Assembly: GCA_015711795.1 (NCBI GenBank)
Contig: JACVJC010000006.1
Coordinates: 198-64,197 of the forward strand
Reading direction: 5' to 3'
DNA length: 64,000 nucleotides
Origin: Candidatus Geothermocultor quzhuomuensis
GTDB taxonomy: Bacteria; Actinomycetota; Aquicultoria; Geothermocultorales; Geothermocultoraceae
Shown: in pieces, positions 9,822 to 20,824 of the stretch
Numbering within the stretch: the first letter of the stretch is position 1
How the letters are laid out: every line of letters starts with the position of its first letter
Made by a program: the position numbers and the translations under genes
The notes under the pieces: generated by a model
What the model saw: only the letters and a program-made list of their open reading frames with translations
Told to the model about the DNA's origin: nothing
Database searches by the model: none

Positions 9822-10103
9822 TCAAGAAGAACTAGGTGGTGGAATTAAGTAAAGGAGCTGGATTTGAAAAAAAAGAAGCACAAATCCAAGGAAATGGATG
9901 GTCGCGTTCCACACAAAAATTTGAATAGCTTTTAGTCTTAGTAAACGAAGAGCCCTTTCCCTGCTTGTATCATTTTTCGTGTTTTTATCACCGAATTCCT
10001 TAGAAAACCAGTAAAGGCTTATTAGCAAACTTAAGATAACTGTTATTATGAAGTAAATTAACCAGAACAGTTTATTGGTTGCTAAGAAATCAATATAACT
10101 CAT
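9822..10103 (-). CDS. Hypothetical membrane protein, probably truncated
   Basis: Two hydrophobic segments; coding-like sequence continues past the TGA in shifted frames to about 9697. Confidence 0.4.
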   Translation of the reverse strand: MSYIDFLATNKLFWLIYFIITVILSLLISLYWFSKEFGDKNTKNDTSRERALRLLRLKAIQIFVWNATIHFLGFVLLFFQIQLLYLIPPPSSS

Positions 10104-10443
10104 TCTCTTAAAATTTGACTTTTACATTATCGAGCACGAAACACTAACTATTTTATACTATCTCTTTCTATAGTTGTAATGTTGCGGAGAAATTTTTGTA
10201 CTCTAAAATGGTTGGGGCTTAAGTTTTGGCATTTTACTAAACGCTGCACGTTAAGAACGTTCAGAATGTTACTAGTGTTTACACGTTTCCTCATCCCAAC
10301 TCTTCCAACTATATAACTCTTAGAATCCTTACTCTTGCTTGCAAACATGTGATTTATACTTCTAATACGGCTTGTTGACAAAAATGACAAATAGTTTTAC
10401 AATTTATTATCGATTAAAGAATCGCTTTACAAAAAGAAAAACG

Positions 10444-10653
10444 ATGGCTCAAGTTACAATTTCTTCTAAATATCAAATAGTGATACCGAAAGAGATAAGA
10501 AAACAATTGCATCTCAAGAGTGGGCAAAAGATGTATGTGTTAGCTAAAGAAGGTGTAATCACTCTGATTCCCGACAAACGCCTTGAGGAATTTCGAGGTT
10601 ACCTTAAGGGAATGAATACTTCGGGCATCCGGGAAGAAAAGGAACGGCTATGA
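10444..10653 (+). CDS. vapB: AbrB/MazE/SpoVT-family antitoxin (VapB-like)
   Basis: MAQVTISSKYQIVIPKEIRKQLHLKSGQ is a typical AbrB fold; overlaps the PIN gene by 4 nt (ATGA); true start ATG 10444. Confidence 0.88.
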   Translation: MAQVTISSKYQIVIPKEIRKQLHLKSGQKMYVLAKEGVITLIPDKRLEEFRGYLKGMNTSGIREEKERL

Positions 10654-11021
10654 TCCTGGTCGACTCATTTGGTTGGATAGAGTTCTTCACCGATGGCCCT
10701 CTCGCAGATAAATATTATAAATATTTGAAAGATGAAAGCAGGGTAATCACACCCACTATTGTGCTCTACGAAGTGTATAAGAAGATCAAACACGAAAGAA
10801 GTGAGGAAGAAGCTCTCATTGCGGTTGCCCAACTTAACAAGACGAAAGTTCTCCCATTAAACGAGTCTATTGCTCTCTTTGCTGCCGATTTGAGCTTAAA
10901 GCATGCTTTACCGATGGCTGATGCAGTGGTGTATGCCACTGCATGTTTAGAAAATGCCGATGTTGTTACAAGCGATTCTCATTTCGAAGGGCTTTCCGGA
11001 GTTGTATTCCTTAAAATTTGA
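10650..11021 (+). CDS. vapC: PIN-domain toxin VapC
   Basis: ILVDSFGWIEFF, TIVLYEV, LPMADAVVYATA, VVTSDSHF: conserved acidic PIN residues. Confidence 0.92.
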   Translation: MILVDSFGWIEFFTDGPLADKYYKYLKDESRVITPTIVLYEVYKKIKHERSEEEALIAVAQLNKTKVLPLNESIALFAADLSLKHALPMADAVVYATACLENADVVTSDSHFEGLSGVVFLKI

Positions 11022-11436
11022 TGGAGTGGGGTTACCCATCAAAAAGCTCTCTGCCAAGATTTAATAGGCGAATAGGCGGAGTCAAGTTTTGAATCTTGTG
11101 ATTTGGCGTTGTTAGTTGCTGAAGACTACCATTTGTTAAGTTGCTAAACTTAAAAATGCTTAACGTTAAACATTCGGATTATTACCGACTCTTCTCATAA
11201 TTACTTTTTTGGATTGATTTACTTTGCCCCAAAATGATACTAATTTAATTGTTCCATTCTTAAATTCTTAAGAATATTGGATTAGCTTTTCTCACTTGGT
11301 ATTTTGAGGTTTATTGGATAAGATGATGCTCTGGACTCGTTCTTAATTACTCATAAGAGATTTAAAATGGGATGTTTTTGATTCTTATTCTATCCTATGT
11401 TAAACTAGGCAAAATCAAACTTAAGGAACGCTCTAA

Positions 11437-12780
11437 ATGGAAATTTTATCGGTTTTACCCCAAACAGCAAAAATTGATAAAAAAGGGCATTTAGAGATTG
11501 GTGGTTGTGATACCGTTCGCTTAGTTGAGAAATTTGGTTCTCCCCTTTTCATTATGGACGAGGAGACAATCCGGACACAATGTCGAAGATACAAGAATGC
11601 CTTTTCTAAATTTGACCCTAATATTGAAATCATTTACGCTGGTAAAGCTTTCATTTCGTTAGCTTTTTGTCAAATATTAAAAGAAGAAAATTTATCGCTT
11701 GATGTTTCTTCAGGGGGCGAAATATACCTTGCTCATCAGGCTGGTTTTCCGATGGAGCGAACTTACTTTCATGGCAATAATAAGACTTTAGATGAGCTCG
11801 AATTGGCTTTAAGGTTAGGGGTTGGAAGAATTATCGTTGATAGTTTCGATGAGCTTAAACTTCTCAATCAATTGGGTAAAAAGCGGAAAGAAAGGGTTAA
11901 AATACTTTTAAGGATTACTCCAGGGATTGTTCCTTCAACTCATACTTATGTTCAAACAGGGCAAGTCGATTCCAAATTTGGTTTTGGGCTAGGTGAAGGG
12001 ATAGCCTTTAAGGCAGCAAAACAAGCATTATCTTTGCCATTTCTTGATTTATGTGGCTTTCACACTCATATTGGCTCACAAATTTTTGCTCTCCACCCCT
12101 TTGCTAAAGCGGTTGAGGTTATTATGGATTTTTTGAAAGATGTCAAGGAGAAGATTGGCTTTGAAGCTAAAGAGTTAGACATGGGAGGAGGTTTAGGCAT
12201 TAAATATCAGGCGAGTGATCAACCTTCAACCATTGAGGATTTAGCTCAAGTAATTGTCAATGGGGTCAAGAGTGAATCTCAAAGACTTGGTTTAAAGATG
12301 CCTAAAGTGATGGTTGAACCTGGTCGGTCAATTGTTGGAAATGCTTGTGTCACCCTTTATAAAATTGGAACTATTAAAGAGATTCCTGGGGTAAGAGTTT
12401 ATGTATCAGTTGATGGGGGGATGTCTGATAACTTGCGTCCTATGCTGTATGGTGCAGTTTATGAGGCAATTTTAGCCAATCGAGCTAATGAAAAAAGAAA
12501 CACTCGCGTAACAGTAGTCGGAAAACATTGTGAAAGTGGTGATATTTTAATTAAGGATGCTCAGATACCTAAACCCAAAATTGGAGATATTTTGTGCACG
12601 CCCGCTACAGGGGCTTATGGTTATGTTATGTCAAATAATTATAATAAACAGCCAAGGGCTGCTGTTGTTTTAGCTAGAGAGGGAAAGGCTAAATTAATAA
12701 TTCGTCGGGAAACTTACGCTGACTTGATTAAACTAGAATGTTCATTGGAAGAAGCTGAAGAGTATGATTGCTCATCATAA
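11437..12780 (+). CDS. lysA: Diaminopimelate decarboxylase
   Basis: YAGKAF, HTHIGSQ, GGGLG, EPGRS, HCESGD, GAYG. Confidence 0.96.
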   Translation: MEILSVLPQTAKIDKKGHLEIGGCDTVRLVEKFGSPLFIMDEETIRTQCRRYKNAFSKFDPNIEIIYAGKAFISLAFCQILKEENLSLDVSSGGEIYLAHQAGFPMERTYFHGNNKTLDELELALRLGVGRIIVDSFDELKLLNQLGKKRKERVKILLRITPGIVPSTHTYVQTGQVDSKFGFGLGEGIAFKAAKQALSLPFLDLCGFHTHIGSQIFALHPFAKAVEVIMDFLKDVKEKIGFEAKELDMGGGLGIKYQASDQPSTIEDLAQVIVNGVKSESQRLGLKMPKVMVEPGRSIVGNACVTLYKIGTIKEIPGVRVYVSVDGGMSDNLRPMLYGAVYEAILANRANEKRNTRVTVVGKHCESGDILIKDAQIPKPKIGDILCTPATGAYGYVMSNNYNKQPRAAVVLAREGKAKLIIRRETYADLIKLECSLEEAEEYDCSS

Positions 12781-12955
12781 AGGGAACAAAAAGCACAAAT
12801 CTTAAGCCCTAACCACCAAACAATATTTAATGACCAAACCTTAAAAGTAACGGAAATATAGTAGCGAAGAGGGAACATAAAAATTAAATAATTAAATGTT
12901 TAAGGTTTTGAGAATTTGAATTTAGGAATTTATAAAGTTAAAAGTGGGGGTTTGG

Positions 12956-14245
12956 ATGAAAGAAAAGATTTATTTGGGTTTGATGGGTTTGGGTACAGTT
13001 GGCTCAAGTGTTTATCGAATCATAAATGAAAAAAGAGAAAAGATTAAGCAGGAAATTGGGGTTGAAATAGTTATTAAAAGAATCTTAGAAAAAGATTTTT
13101 CCAAAGCTGATAAAGTCAGTGCACCCTTAAACTTATTAACTAAGGACCCAAACGATTTACTTAATGACCCTGAAATTGAGATTGTTATTGAACTGATTGG
13201 GGGAATGGAGCCGGCAAAAACTTTTATTTTGGAAGCTATTGAAAAGGGCAAAAATATTGTTACAGCTAATAAAGAGTTGATGGCTAACTATGGGCAAGTA
13301 ATCCTTGAATCAGCAGCTCGCAATAAAGTTGATGTTTACTTTGAAGCTAGTGTCGGTGGTGGGATTCCTATTATTAAGCCCTTAAAAGAATCGCTAGCTG
13401 GTAACAAAATTAAGCGGGTAATGGGAATTGTTAATGGAACGACAAATTACATCTTATCAAGAATGAGCGATGAGGGTTGTTCCTTTGAGGAAGCTTTAAA
13501 GGAAGCTCAAAAGAAGGGATATGCTGAAGCTGATCCTACTGCTGATGTTGAAGGGCACGATGCAGCAGCTAAAATTGCAATTTTAGCTTCGATTGCTTTT
13601 AACTCAAGAGTTGTTGCTTCTCAAGTTTATACTGAAGGCATCCAAGGGATAACACCAGCTGATATCATGTATGCTAATGAATTGGGGTATGTTATTAAAT
13701 TGTTAGCATTGGCTGAGGAAGAATTTAATGGGATTGATGTTCGAGTCCATCCAACTATGATTCCAAATACCCATCCTTTAGCTGCAGTTAAAGGGGTTTA
13801 CAATGCAATATTTGTTGAAGGTGATGTGGTGGGGGAGGTAATGTTTTTTGGGCAAGGGGCTGGTGGAATGGCAGCAGGTAGTTCAGTCGTTGGCGATGTC
13901 GTTGAAGTAGCTCAAAACATCAAATGGGGAGCGACAGGTAAAATTGGCTGCACCTGCTTTGAAAAAAAACTTATTAAATCAATTGAGGAGATAAGAACAA
14001 GATACTATCTCTTAATGAATGTAGCTGACAAGCCAGGTGTTTTAGCTAAAATTGCCAAAGCTTTTGGGGATAATAATGTCAGCTTGGCAAGTGTTATTCA
14101 GAAAGGCTCTTATGGGGAATCGGCTGATGTTATGTTTACAACTCATTTAACCTCAGAGAAGGACTTAAGAGAAGCATTAAAGGAGATAAAGGGACTAGAT
14201 GTAGTGAACAAGGTTTCTAATGTGATTAGAGTGGAGGTTTCTTAA
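12956..14245 (+). CDS. hom: Homoserine dehydrogenase with C-terminal ACT domain
   Basis: [45 protein letters not shown]; ACT motif DKPGVLAKI. Confidence 0.96.
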   Translation: MKEKIYLGLMGLGTVGSSVYRIINEKREKIKQEIGVEIVIKRILEKDFSKADKVSAPLNLLTKDPNDLLNDPEIEIVIELIGGMEPAKTFILEAIEKGKNIVTANKELMANYGQVILESAARNKVDVYFEASVGGGIPIIKPLKESLAGNKIKRVMGIVNGTTNYILSRMSDEGCSFEEALKEAQKKGYAEADPTADVEGHDAAAKIAILASIAFNSRVVASQVYTEGIQGITPADIMYANELGYVIKLLALAEEEFNGIDVRVHPTMIPNTHPLAAVKGVYNAIFVEGDVVGEVMFFGQGAGGMAAGSSVVGDVVEVAQNIKWGATGKIGCTCFEKKLIKSIEEIRTRYYLLMNVADKPGVLAKIAKAFGDNNVSLASVIQKGSYGESADVMFTTHLTSEKDLREALKEIKGLDVVNKVSNVIRVEVS

Positions 14246-14246
14246 A

Positions 14247-15320
14247 TTGGACTGGCTTGGAATTATTGAACATTATCGAAAGTTTTTACCGGTCTCATCA
14301 AAAACCCCAGTTATTACTCTTCTTGAAGGTAATACCCCTTTAATTGAAGGGAAAAAACTTAGTCGAGAACTTGGAGCAAGAATTTTCTTTAAGTATGAAG
14401 GGCTAAATCCTACCTGTTCGTTTAAGGATCGAGGCATGACCATGGCGATCAGTAAAGCTTTGGAGGAAAAGTCGTTAGCTGTAATGTGTGCTTCTACTGG
14501 TAATACTTCAGCTTCAGCTGCTGCCTATGCCGCAAAAGCTGGTTTAAAGTGCATTGTTTTAATTCCTGAGGGAAAGATTGCTTTAGGCAAGTTGGCTCAA
14601 GCTTTAGTTCATGGTGCTTTAGTAGTTGGCATTAAGGGGAATTTTGACGTTGCTTTAGAGATTGTTCGTTATTTAACGGCTAAATTTCCAATTACCCTAG
14701 TGAATTCACTCAATCCTTACCGTTTAGAAGGGCAAAAAACAGCCGCTTTTGAGGTATGTGATAAGTTGGGAGAAGCCCCTGATTATCTTGCTATTCCTGT
14801 TGGCAATGCTGGCAATATAACTGCTTATTGGATGGGTTTTCAAGCTTATTTTAAGGCAAAGTTGATAAAAAAGCTCCCTAAGATGATTGGCTTTCAAGCA
14901 GAAGGAGCAGCCCCAATTGTTAAGGGTTTTCCCATTGCCAATCCTGAAACAATTGCCACGGCTATTAGAATTGGAAATCCAGCCCGCTGGAAAGAAGCTG
15001 TTCAGGCTACTCAAGATTCTGGGGGGTTTATTAGTATGGTGAGTGATGAAGAGATTCTTTCAGCTTACCGCTATCTTGCATCTTCTGAGGGTATCTTTGT
15101 TGAACCAGCTTCAGCTGCTTCAGTGGCAGGGGTGATTAAAAAGGTTGAAGAAGGAAAGATAGAAAAAAATTCTATTGTTGTTTGTGTTTTAACTGGTCAT
15201 GGTCTCAAAGATCCTGATTTAGCTGTTAAAGTGGGTGGGAAAGTGGTTGAGAGTGAAGCAAAAATTGAAAAAGTGGAGCAGATTATTCTTAAGGAAATAG
15301 AAGTTTTAGGGGGAAATTAA
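14247..15320 (+). CDS. thrC: Threonine synthase
   Basis: [15 protein letters not shown] (PLP lysine), [20 protein letters not shown]. Confidence 0.96.
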   Translation: MDWLGIIEHYRKFLPVSSKTPVITLLEGNTPLIEGKKLSRELGARIFFKYEGLNPTCSFKDRGMTMAISKALEEKSLAVMCASTGNTSASAAAYAAKAGLKCIVLIPEGKIALGKLAQALVHGALVVGIKGNFDVALEIVRYLTAKFPITLVNSLNPYRLEGQKTAAFEVCDKLGEAPDYLAIPVGNAGNITAYWMGFQAYFKAKLIKKLPKMIGFQAEGAAPIVKGFPIANPETIATAIRIGNPARWKEAVQATQDSGGFISMVSDEEILSAYRYLASSEGIFVEPASAASVAGVIKKVEEGKIEKNSIVVCVLTGHGLKDPDLAVKVGGKVVESEAKIEKVEQIILKEIEVLGGN

Positions 15321-16223
15321 GTGATAGAGGTAAAAGTACCTGCTTCAACTGCTAATTTAGGTTCTGGATTTGATGTCTTGGGGTTAGCCCTTTCTCTTTA
15401 TAACATAGTTCAGATTGAAGAAAATGATGAATTTTTAATTGAGGTTGAAGGAGAAGGGAAAGATGAGATTTTTATTGACGAAAGGAACCTTGTTTACCGC
15501 TCTTTAAAGTTTCTCTTTGACAAAGTGGGACATCATCCCTCAGGACTTTTTATAAAGATTATTAATCAAATTCCCATTGCTCGAGGCTTAGGAAGCAGTG
15601 CTGCTGCTATTGTGGGTAGTCTTTTGGCTGGCAATCAACTTTTAGGTAATCCGTTCTTAAATCATCAGTTAATTTCCTTTGCTATTGAATTAGAAGGGCA
15701 TCCTGATAATGTTTGTGCTTCTTTTTCCGGTGGCTTGACCATTTCTTTTAAAGTTAACGAGGCTTGGAGCCATTCCTCTTTTAAGTTGCCATCGCATATT
15801 AAAGTTTTAATTGTTGTTCCTCCTTATCGACTTGCCACCTCAAAAGCAAGAGAGGTCTTACCTCAAACTGTTTCCTTAAAAGACGTTGTTTTTAATTTAA
15901 GTCGTATCTCTTTACTCATTGCTTCTTTATTTTCAGGGAAAGATGAATTCCTGAAGTTAGGGATGGAAGACCGTATTCATCAGCCTTATCGGGCTAAGCT
16001 GATTCCAGGAATGGAGGAAATTATCTCAGGGTTTCAGGCAATCGATGGTATTTTAGGGGTTGCTTTAAGTGGGGCAGGTCCTGCTATTACTTCATTATAT
16101 CTTCGAGATAGAGAAGAAAAGGTTTTAGAAAAAGCCAATATCTTCTTAAAAGGATTGAGTGGGGATTATTTTCTTTTACCTCTTGAAGTGGATAACCAAG
16201 GAGCTCAAATCATTCAAAAATAA
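15321..16223 (+). CDS. thrB: Homoserine kinase
   Basis: VPASTANLGSGFD, IPIARGLGSSAAA, EGHPDNV, LSGAGP. Confidence 0.96.
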   Translation: MIEVKVPASTANLGSGFDVLGLALSLYNIVQIEENDEFLIEVEGEGKDEIFIDERNLVYRSLKFLFDKVGHHPSGLFIKIINQIPIARGLGSSAAAIVGSLLAGNQLLGNPFLNHQLISFAIELEGHPDNVCASFSGGLTISFKVNEAWSHSSFKLPSHIKVLIVVPPYRLATSKAREVLPQTVSLKDVVFNLSRISLLIASLFSGKDEFLKLGMEDRIHQPYRAKLIPGMEEIISGFQAIDGILGVALSGAGPAITSLYLRDREEKVLEKANIFLKGLSGDYFLLPLEVDNQGAQIIQK

Positions 16224-16517
16224 TTTGGAACAATGTTTGACAAGGTAAGATGTGCCCAGGGCTAAAGGACATTATAAACTCGAGACTCTAATGCTTCAAA
16301 CTATCAAACTCGTGAGAGATTAGAATTTAGGTTATTGAGTCATTTTAAAATTATTCAGAAATTCCAATTTCAAATTTTGAAATTTGTTCCTAATCAAGCT
16401 GCATTGTTAACGAGAAAAAAGACTTGAATTTATAAGTTTATAAGTAGTTTTTAGAAATCTATTGTGAGTTAGATCAAAAATGTCATAGGGAGGAATTAAA
16501 ATAAGGAGGTATAAAAA

Positions 16518-17549
16518 ATGAGAATTGGAATGGTGGCGCCAATTTGGGAAAGAGTTCCTCCGGAGAAATATGGGGGAATAGAGTTAGTTGTTTATCTTTT
16601 GGTGGAGGAACTAGTTAGGAGAGGGCATCAAGTCACTCTTTTTGCTAGTGGTGACTCGATAACCAGCGCCGAATTAGTCTCCGTTTATGATAAAGCTCAA
16701 AGACACCTCATAGGCAACCCCGTCCCTGATCTAAACCATGTTTCGACTGCTTTTTTAAGAGCGGATGATTTTGAGATTATTCACAATCACGCGGGATATT
16801 CAGGAGTTACCTTAGCAAATTTTGTCAAAACTCCTGTTTTAACTACTTTGCATGGAATATTCACTGAAATAAATATCCCTTTTTTTAAGAGATTTAAGGA
16901 TGCTGTTTATTACAACTCGATAAGTGACGAACAAAGAAAAGGTTTACCTGAGCTTAACTATATTGGAACTGTTTATAATGCCATTGATATTTCTTCTTAT
17001 CAGTATAGCGCTGAAAAGAAAGACTTTTTTCTTTGGTTATCTCGGGTTAGTCCTTTGAAGGGAACTCATCTGGCTGTAGAGATTGCTAAGAAAGCAAAAA
17101 TTAACTTAATAATGGCTGGGAAAATCGACCCTGGCAATGATATGGAATATTATGAGGAGAAGGTTAAGCCTTATATCGATGGGGAGCAAATAAAATTTTT
17201 GGGTGAAGTAAGTGAAGAGGAAAAAAGAAGATTGATGAAGGAAGCAAGAGCTTTTATTTTCCCAATTACTTGGCCAGAGCCATTTGGCTTAGTTATGATT
17301 GAGGCGATGGCTTGTGGAACACCAGTTATTGCTACTTACCTTGGCGCTGTTCCTGAAGTTGTGGTTGATGGGAAAACGGGATTTATTGTTAATCACCCAG
17401 AAGAAATAGTTGAAAAAATTAAACAAATTTCAGCGATTAACCCTGCTGACTGCCGAAAACATGTTGAAGAAAATTATAGTGTCGAGAGAATGACTAGTGA
17501 TTATGAAAATTTATATCAGAAAATTTTATCGATTGAAAGGGGATTGTGA
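16518..17549 (+). CDS. Glycosyltransferase family 4 (GT-B)
   Basis: VPPEKYGGIE, KGTHLA, EPFGLVMIEAMACGTPV. Confidence 0.9.
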   Translation: MRIGMVAPIWERVPPEKYGGIELVVYLLVEELVRRGHQVTLFASGDSITSAELVSVYDKAQRHLIGNPVPDLNHVSTAFLRADDFEIIHNHAGYSGVTLANFVKTPVLTTLHGIFTEINIPFFKRFKDAVYYNSISDEQRKGLPELNYIGTVYNAIDISSYQYSAEKKDFFLWLSRVSPLKGTHLAVEIAKKAKINLIMAGKIDPGNDMEYYEEKVKPYIDGEQIKFLGEVSEEEKRRLMKEARAFIFPITWPEPFGLVMIEAMACGTPVIATYLGAVPEVVVDGKTGFIVNHPEEIVEKIKQISAINPADCRKHVEENYSVERMTSDYENLYQKILSIERGL

Positions 17550-17565
17550 TTAATTTTAAAGGGGG

Positions 17566-19806
17566 TTGAGGGTTTTGTTTGGAACTAAGAGGGTATTTTC
17601 TCCCGAGGGCGAAGAGTTTAAAGTAGAAACAAGAGCTTCTAATCGTATTTTAAAGGTTTTGAATAAGGGTGTTCCTTTTTCCCTTGGAAACATTGAAGAA
17701 GGAAAGCTCATTATTAAAGAAGGAGATTATTTCCTTTTTACTAATTTAAGAGGAGATATCCCAAAATCTAATATGGTTGGTTATGGATTTTACTTTAAAG
17801 ATACGCGCTTTTTAAATTATTTCACTTTGAAAATAAATGGGGAGAGACCAATTGTTCTTCTATCGACATCTGAACGTGACTATATTGAACATTTAGAATT
17901 AACCAATTCTGATCTTGAATTAAGTGACAAAAGCCACATTCCTCAGGATACTTTGAACATCCGAAGGTTGAGAGTGATTAAAGATGGCCTTTATGAGAGA
18001 ATTAGGATAAAAAATTACAACCCAGTTCTAGTTAAGTTAAGTTTGGAGTTTGGTTTTGGAGCTGATTTTGCTGATATTTTCGAGATGAGAGGACTCAAAA
18101 GAAAAAAGAGGGGTAAAATTTTAAAGCCAAAAATTTCTGACAAGTGTCTTCGTCTTGCTTATCTTGGTTTAGATGGAATCTTTCGCCGAACAGAAGTTCA
18201 TTTGGGTCGAGAGCCTAATAAAATAAATTTTTTTCAAGAGAAAGTTTCTTTAATTTATGAGGTAGAAATTGAGCCTCATGGACGCATCATCTTTGACTTT
18301 TTCATTGAACCAGTGATTGGAGAAGATAGAAAAGAACAACTTGATTTTAATAAAGCTGTTAGTATTTTAAGGAAATCATACGATGAATGGGAAAGAAAAT
18401 GTACTCAAATTTTTACTGACAATGAACTTTTTAACACTGTTATCAAGCGAGCTCAAAATGATTTGAGAGAACTCGTTGCTTTAAATGGTCGAGGGGAAAT
18501 TATTTATGGGGGTGTGCCATGGTTTTCGGCCCCCTTTGGTCGTGACAGTTTAATCACTTCGCTTCAAACTCTTTCTCTTAACCCTAATTTATCAAAAGAA
18601 ACCTTAAAAAGTTTAAGTTTTTATCAAGGAAAGAAAGTCGACCCGTGGCGGGATGAAGAACCAGGTAAGATATTTCATGAAATAAGACAGGGTGAGCTCG
18701 CTCAATTGGATGAGATTCCTCATACCCCCTATTATGGCTCAATTGATTCTACCCCCTTATTTTTAGTTCTTTTTTCTGAATATCTTAATTGGACTGGGGA
18801 TTTAAGATTTATTTATGAAGAAAGGGAAAGTATAAACGCTGCTCTTAACTGGATTGATAGGTTTGGCGATGTTGATGGTGATTTATTCATTGAATATGAG
18901 AGGAAATCAAGTAAAGGTTTAACTAACCAGGGTTGGAAAGATTCTTGGGATGCTGTTGTTCACCAAAACGGACGGTTTCCCGTTCCTCCCATTGCTTTAG
19001 TTGAGGTGCAGGGCTATGTTTATCTGGCTAAAAGTGGATTAAGCAAAGTTTATCGCATCCTAGGTGAGAGTGAAAAAAGCCAGAGGCTTGAGAAAGAAGC
19101 AGAGGAGTTGAAGAAAAAATTTAATCAGCTCTTCTGGCTTGAGGAAGAAAGCTATTTTGCTTTGGCTTTGGATGGGGAGAAGCAACCAGTTAAAGCAATA
19201 ACGTCTAATCCTGGTCAAGGCTTATGGGCTGAAATTATCGAAAAAGAAAAAGCAGAAAAAGTAGTTAAACGCCTTCTCCAGCCTGATATGTTTTCAGGAT
19301 GGGGAATTAGAACTTTAAGTAAGTCAGCAAAAGGTTATAACCCAATGAGTTACCATAATGGTTCTGTTTGGCCACATGATAACTCAATGATAATCGCGGG
19401 AATGAAAAAGTATCAATTTGGTGAAGAGGCCAATCTAGTTGGAAGTGCCCTTTTTGATGCTGCAATTCATCATCCTTATTTCCGTTTACCTGAGCTTTTT
19501 TGTGGATTTACCAGACGAGGGAATAATTATCCTGTAACCTATCCAGTTGCTTGTACTCCCCAAGCATGGGCAGCTGGAAGCATTTTTCTAATTCTTCAGT
19601 CGATCTTAGGTTTTCAGCCTGATGCTCTCAACAACATTCTTTATCTTAATCAACCTCAATTACCTAGTTGGTTAAATAGGGTCGAGATTTCTAACTTGAG
19701 AGTAGGTCGTGGCAATTTAAGAATGCTCTTTATTCGAGAAGGAAAATTTACCCGATTTGAAGTTTCTGATAGTGAGGGAGGTATTGAAGTAAAAATTTTA
19801 GAATAA
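17566..19806 (+). CDS. Amylo-alpha-1,6-glucosidase / glycogen-debranching-like (alpha/alpha)6 glycoside hydrolase
   Basis: GVPWFSAPFGRDSLI, EEPGKIFHE, YYGSIDSTPLF, NQGWKDSWD, YHNGSVWPHDN, RLPELFCG, CTPQAWAAG. Confidence 0.88.
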   Translation: MRVLFGTKRVFSPEGEEFKVETRASNRILKVLNKGVPFSLGNIEEGKLIIKEGDYFLFTNLRGDIPKSNMVGYGFYFKDTRFLNYFTLKINGERPIVLLSTSERDYIEHLELTNSDLELSDKSHIPQDTLNIRRLRVIKDGLYERIRIKNYNPVLVKLSLEFGFGADFADIFEMRGLKRKKRGKILKPKISDKCLRLAYLGLDGIFRRTEVHLGREPNKINFFQEKVSLIYEVEIEPHGRIIFDFFIEPVIGEDRKEQLDFNKAVSILRKSYDEWERKCTQIFTDNELFNTVIKRAQNDLRELVALNGRGEIIYGGVPWFSAPFGRDSLITSLQTLSLNPNLSKETLKSLSFYQGKKVDPWRDEEPGKIFHEIRQGELAQLDEIPHTPYYGSIDSTPLFLVLFSEYLNWTGDLRFIYEERESINAALNWIDRFGDVDGDLFIEYERKSSKGLTNQGWKDSWDAVVHQNGRFPVPPIALVEVQGYVYLAKSGLSKVYRILGESEKSQRLEKEAEELKKKFNQLFWLEEESYFALALDGEKQPVKAITSNPGQGLWAEIIEKEKAEKVVKRLLQPDMFSGWGIRTLSKSAKGYNPMSYHNGSVWPHDNSMIIAGMKKYQFGEEANLVGSALFDAAIHHPYFRLPELFCGFTRRGNNYPVTYPVACTPQAWAAGSIFLILQSILGFQPDALNNILYLNQPQLPSWLNRVEISNLRVGRGNLRMLFIREGKFTRFEVSDSEGGIEVKILE

Positions 19807-19921
19807 TTTAGAATAATTTTATTTTTTAAAGGGAGTTGGGCAGAGAAAAAATTACTCTTAAGGTTTCAATTTACTATAGTGATGTATTAGACTAAAAGAA
19901 GACACAAGGAGAAAATTAAAG

Positions 19922-20824
19922 ATGAAGAAGCGTTGGGCTGTTATTTTATTAATTATTTTTTTAATCCTTTTTTTGCTTACTGGCTACTTCTTTTTAATCA
20001 TCTGGTTTATATCTCCAGGCAAGTTTATTTCGCCTCTTGAAAGGGAAGGAGTCGCTTTAATTAAATTGGAAGGGACTATTATTGCTTCTGGTGAAGGAGA
20101 TTTACTTAGTGGTAAAGGGGTTTCTCCTGAAAAGATAATTGAACAAATTAAAAAGGCTGAGGAAGATAGCCGAGCTAAGGCTATTCTCTTAAGGATAAAT
20201 AGCCCAGGTGGAACTGCCGCTGCTTCTCAAGAAATTTATAAAGAAGTTAAAAGAGCAAAGAAACCTGTGGTTGTTTCTGTAGCTGATATTGGAGCTTCTG
20301 GAGCTTACTGGGTAGCTTGCGGAGCTGATAAGATTGTTGCTTCTCCTGCTTCTGATATTGGGAGCATTGGAGTAATTTTAACCATTCCCAATTTGCAAGA
20401 ACTCTTTAAAAAGGTTGGCATTGAGTATGTGGTGATAACTCAGGGGAAGTATAAAGACATTGGTAATCCAGCTCGTCCAATGACGGAAGAAGAAAAAGAA
20501 ATTTTAAGAAAACAAGCAGAAGTTATTTATGAACAATTTATTAGTGATGTGGCTGAAGGAAGGAAGCTTTCCCGAGCTGAGGTAAAGAAACTAGCAACAG
20601 GGCTTGCTTTTTTAGGGACTGAAGCAAAAAAATATGGTCTTATTGATGAGTTAGGTAATTTTCGGGATGCAATAAAATTAGCTGGTAAAATGGGGAAGAT
20701 AAAAGGTGAGCCTGAAATCATCGAGTATGAAGTGCCATCATTATATGAAAGTTTAAAAGAGCTTTTCCGAGGTAGCTTCTTTATTCCTCAGCTGAATCCT
20801 ATTATCTTGCCATTACTCAAGTAA
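19922..20824 (+). CDS. sppA: Signal peptide peptidase SppA (36K type, S49)
   Basis: LRINSPGG, GASGAYW, GSIGVI, GKYKD. Confidence 0.93.
   Translation: MKKRWAVILLIIFLILFLLTGYFFLIIWFISPGKFISPLEREGVALIKLEGTIIASGEGDLLSGKGVSPEKIIEQIKKAEEDSRAKAILLRINSPGGTAAASQEIYKEVKRAKKPVVVSVADIGASGAYWVACGADKIVASPASDIGSIGVILTIPNLQELFKKVGIEYVVITQGKYKDIGNPARPMTEEEKEILRKQAEVIYEQFISDVAEGRKLSRAEVKKLATGLAFLGTEAKKYGLIDELGNFRDAIKLAGKMGKIKGEPEIIEYEVPSLYESLKELFRGSFFIPQLNPIILPLLK

Noticed and set aside
10148-10390. 80-aa minus-strand ORF upstream of vapB
   Set aside because: No motif or RBS, and it overlaps the vapBC promoter region; probably spurious or a decayed fragment.
11022-11436. Lysine riboswitch upstream of lysA
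   Set aside because: No AGAGG..AGT / AAGGG core or terminator; the region is AT-rich and looks like a decayed minus-strand ORF.
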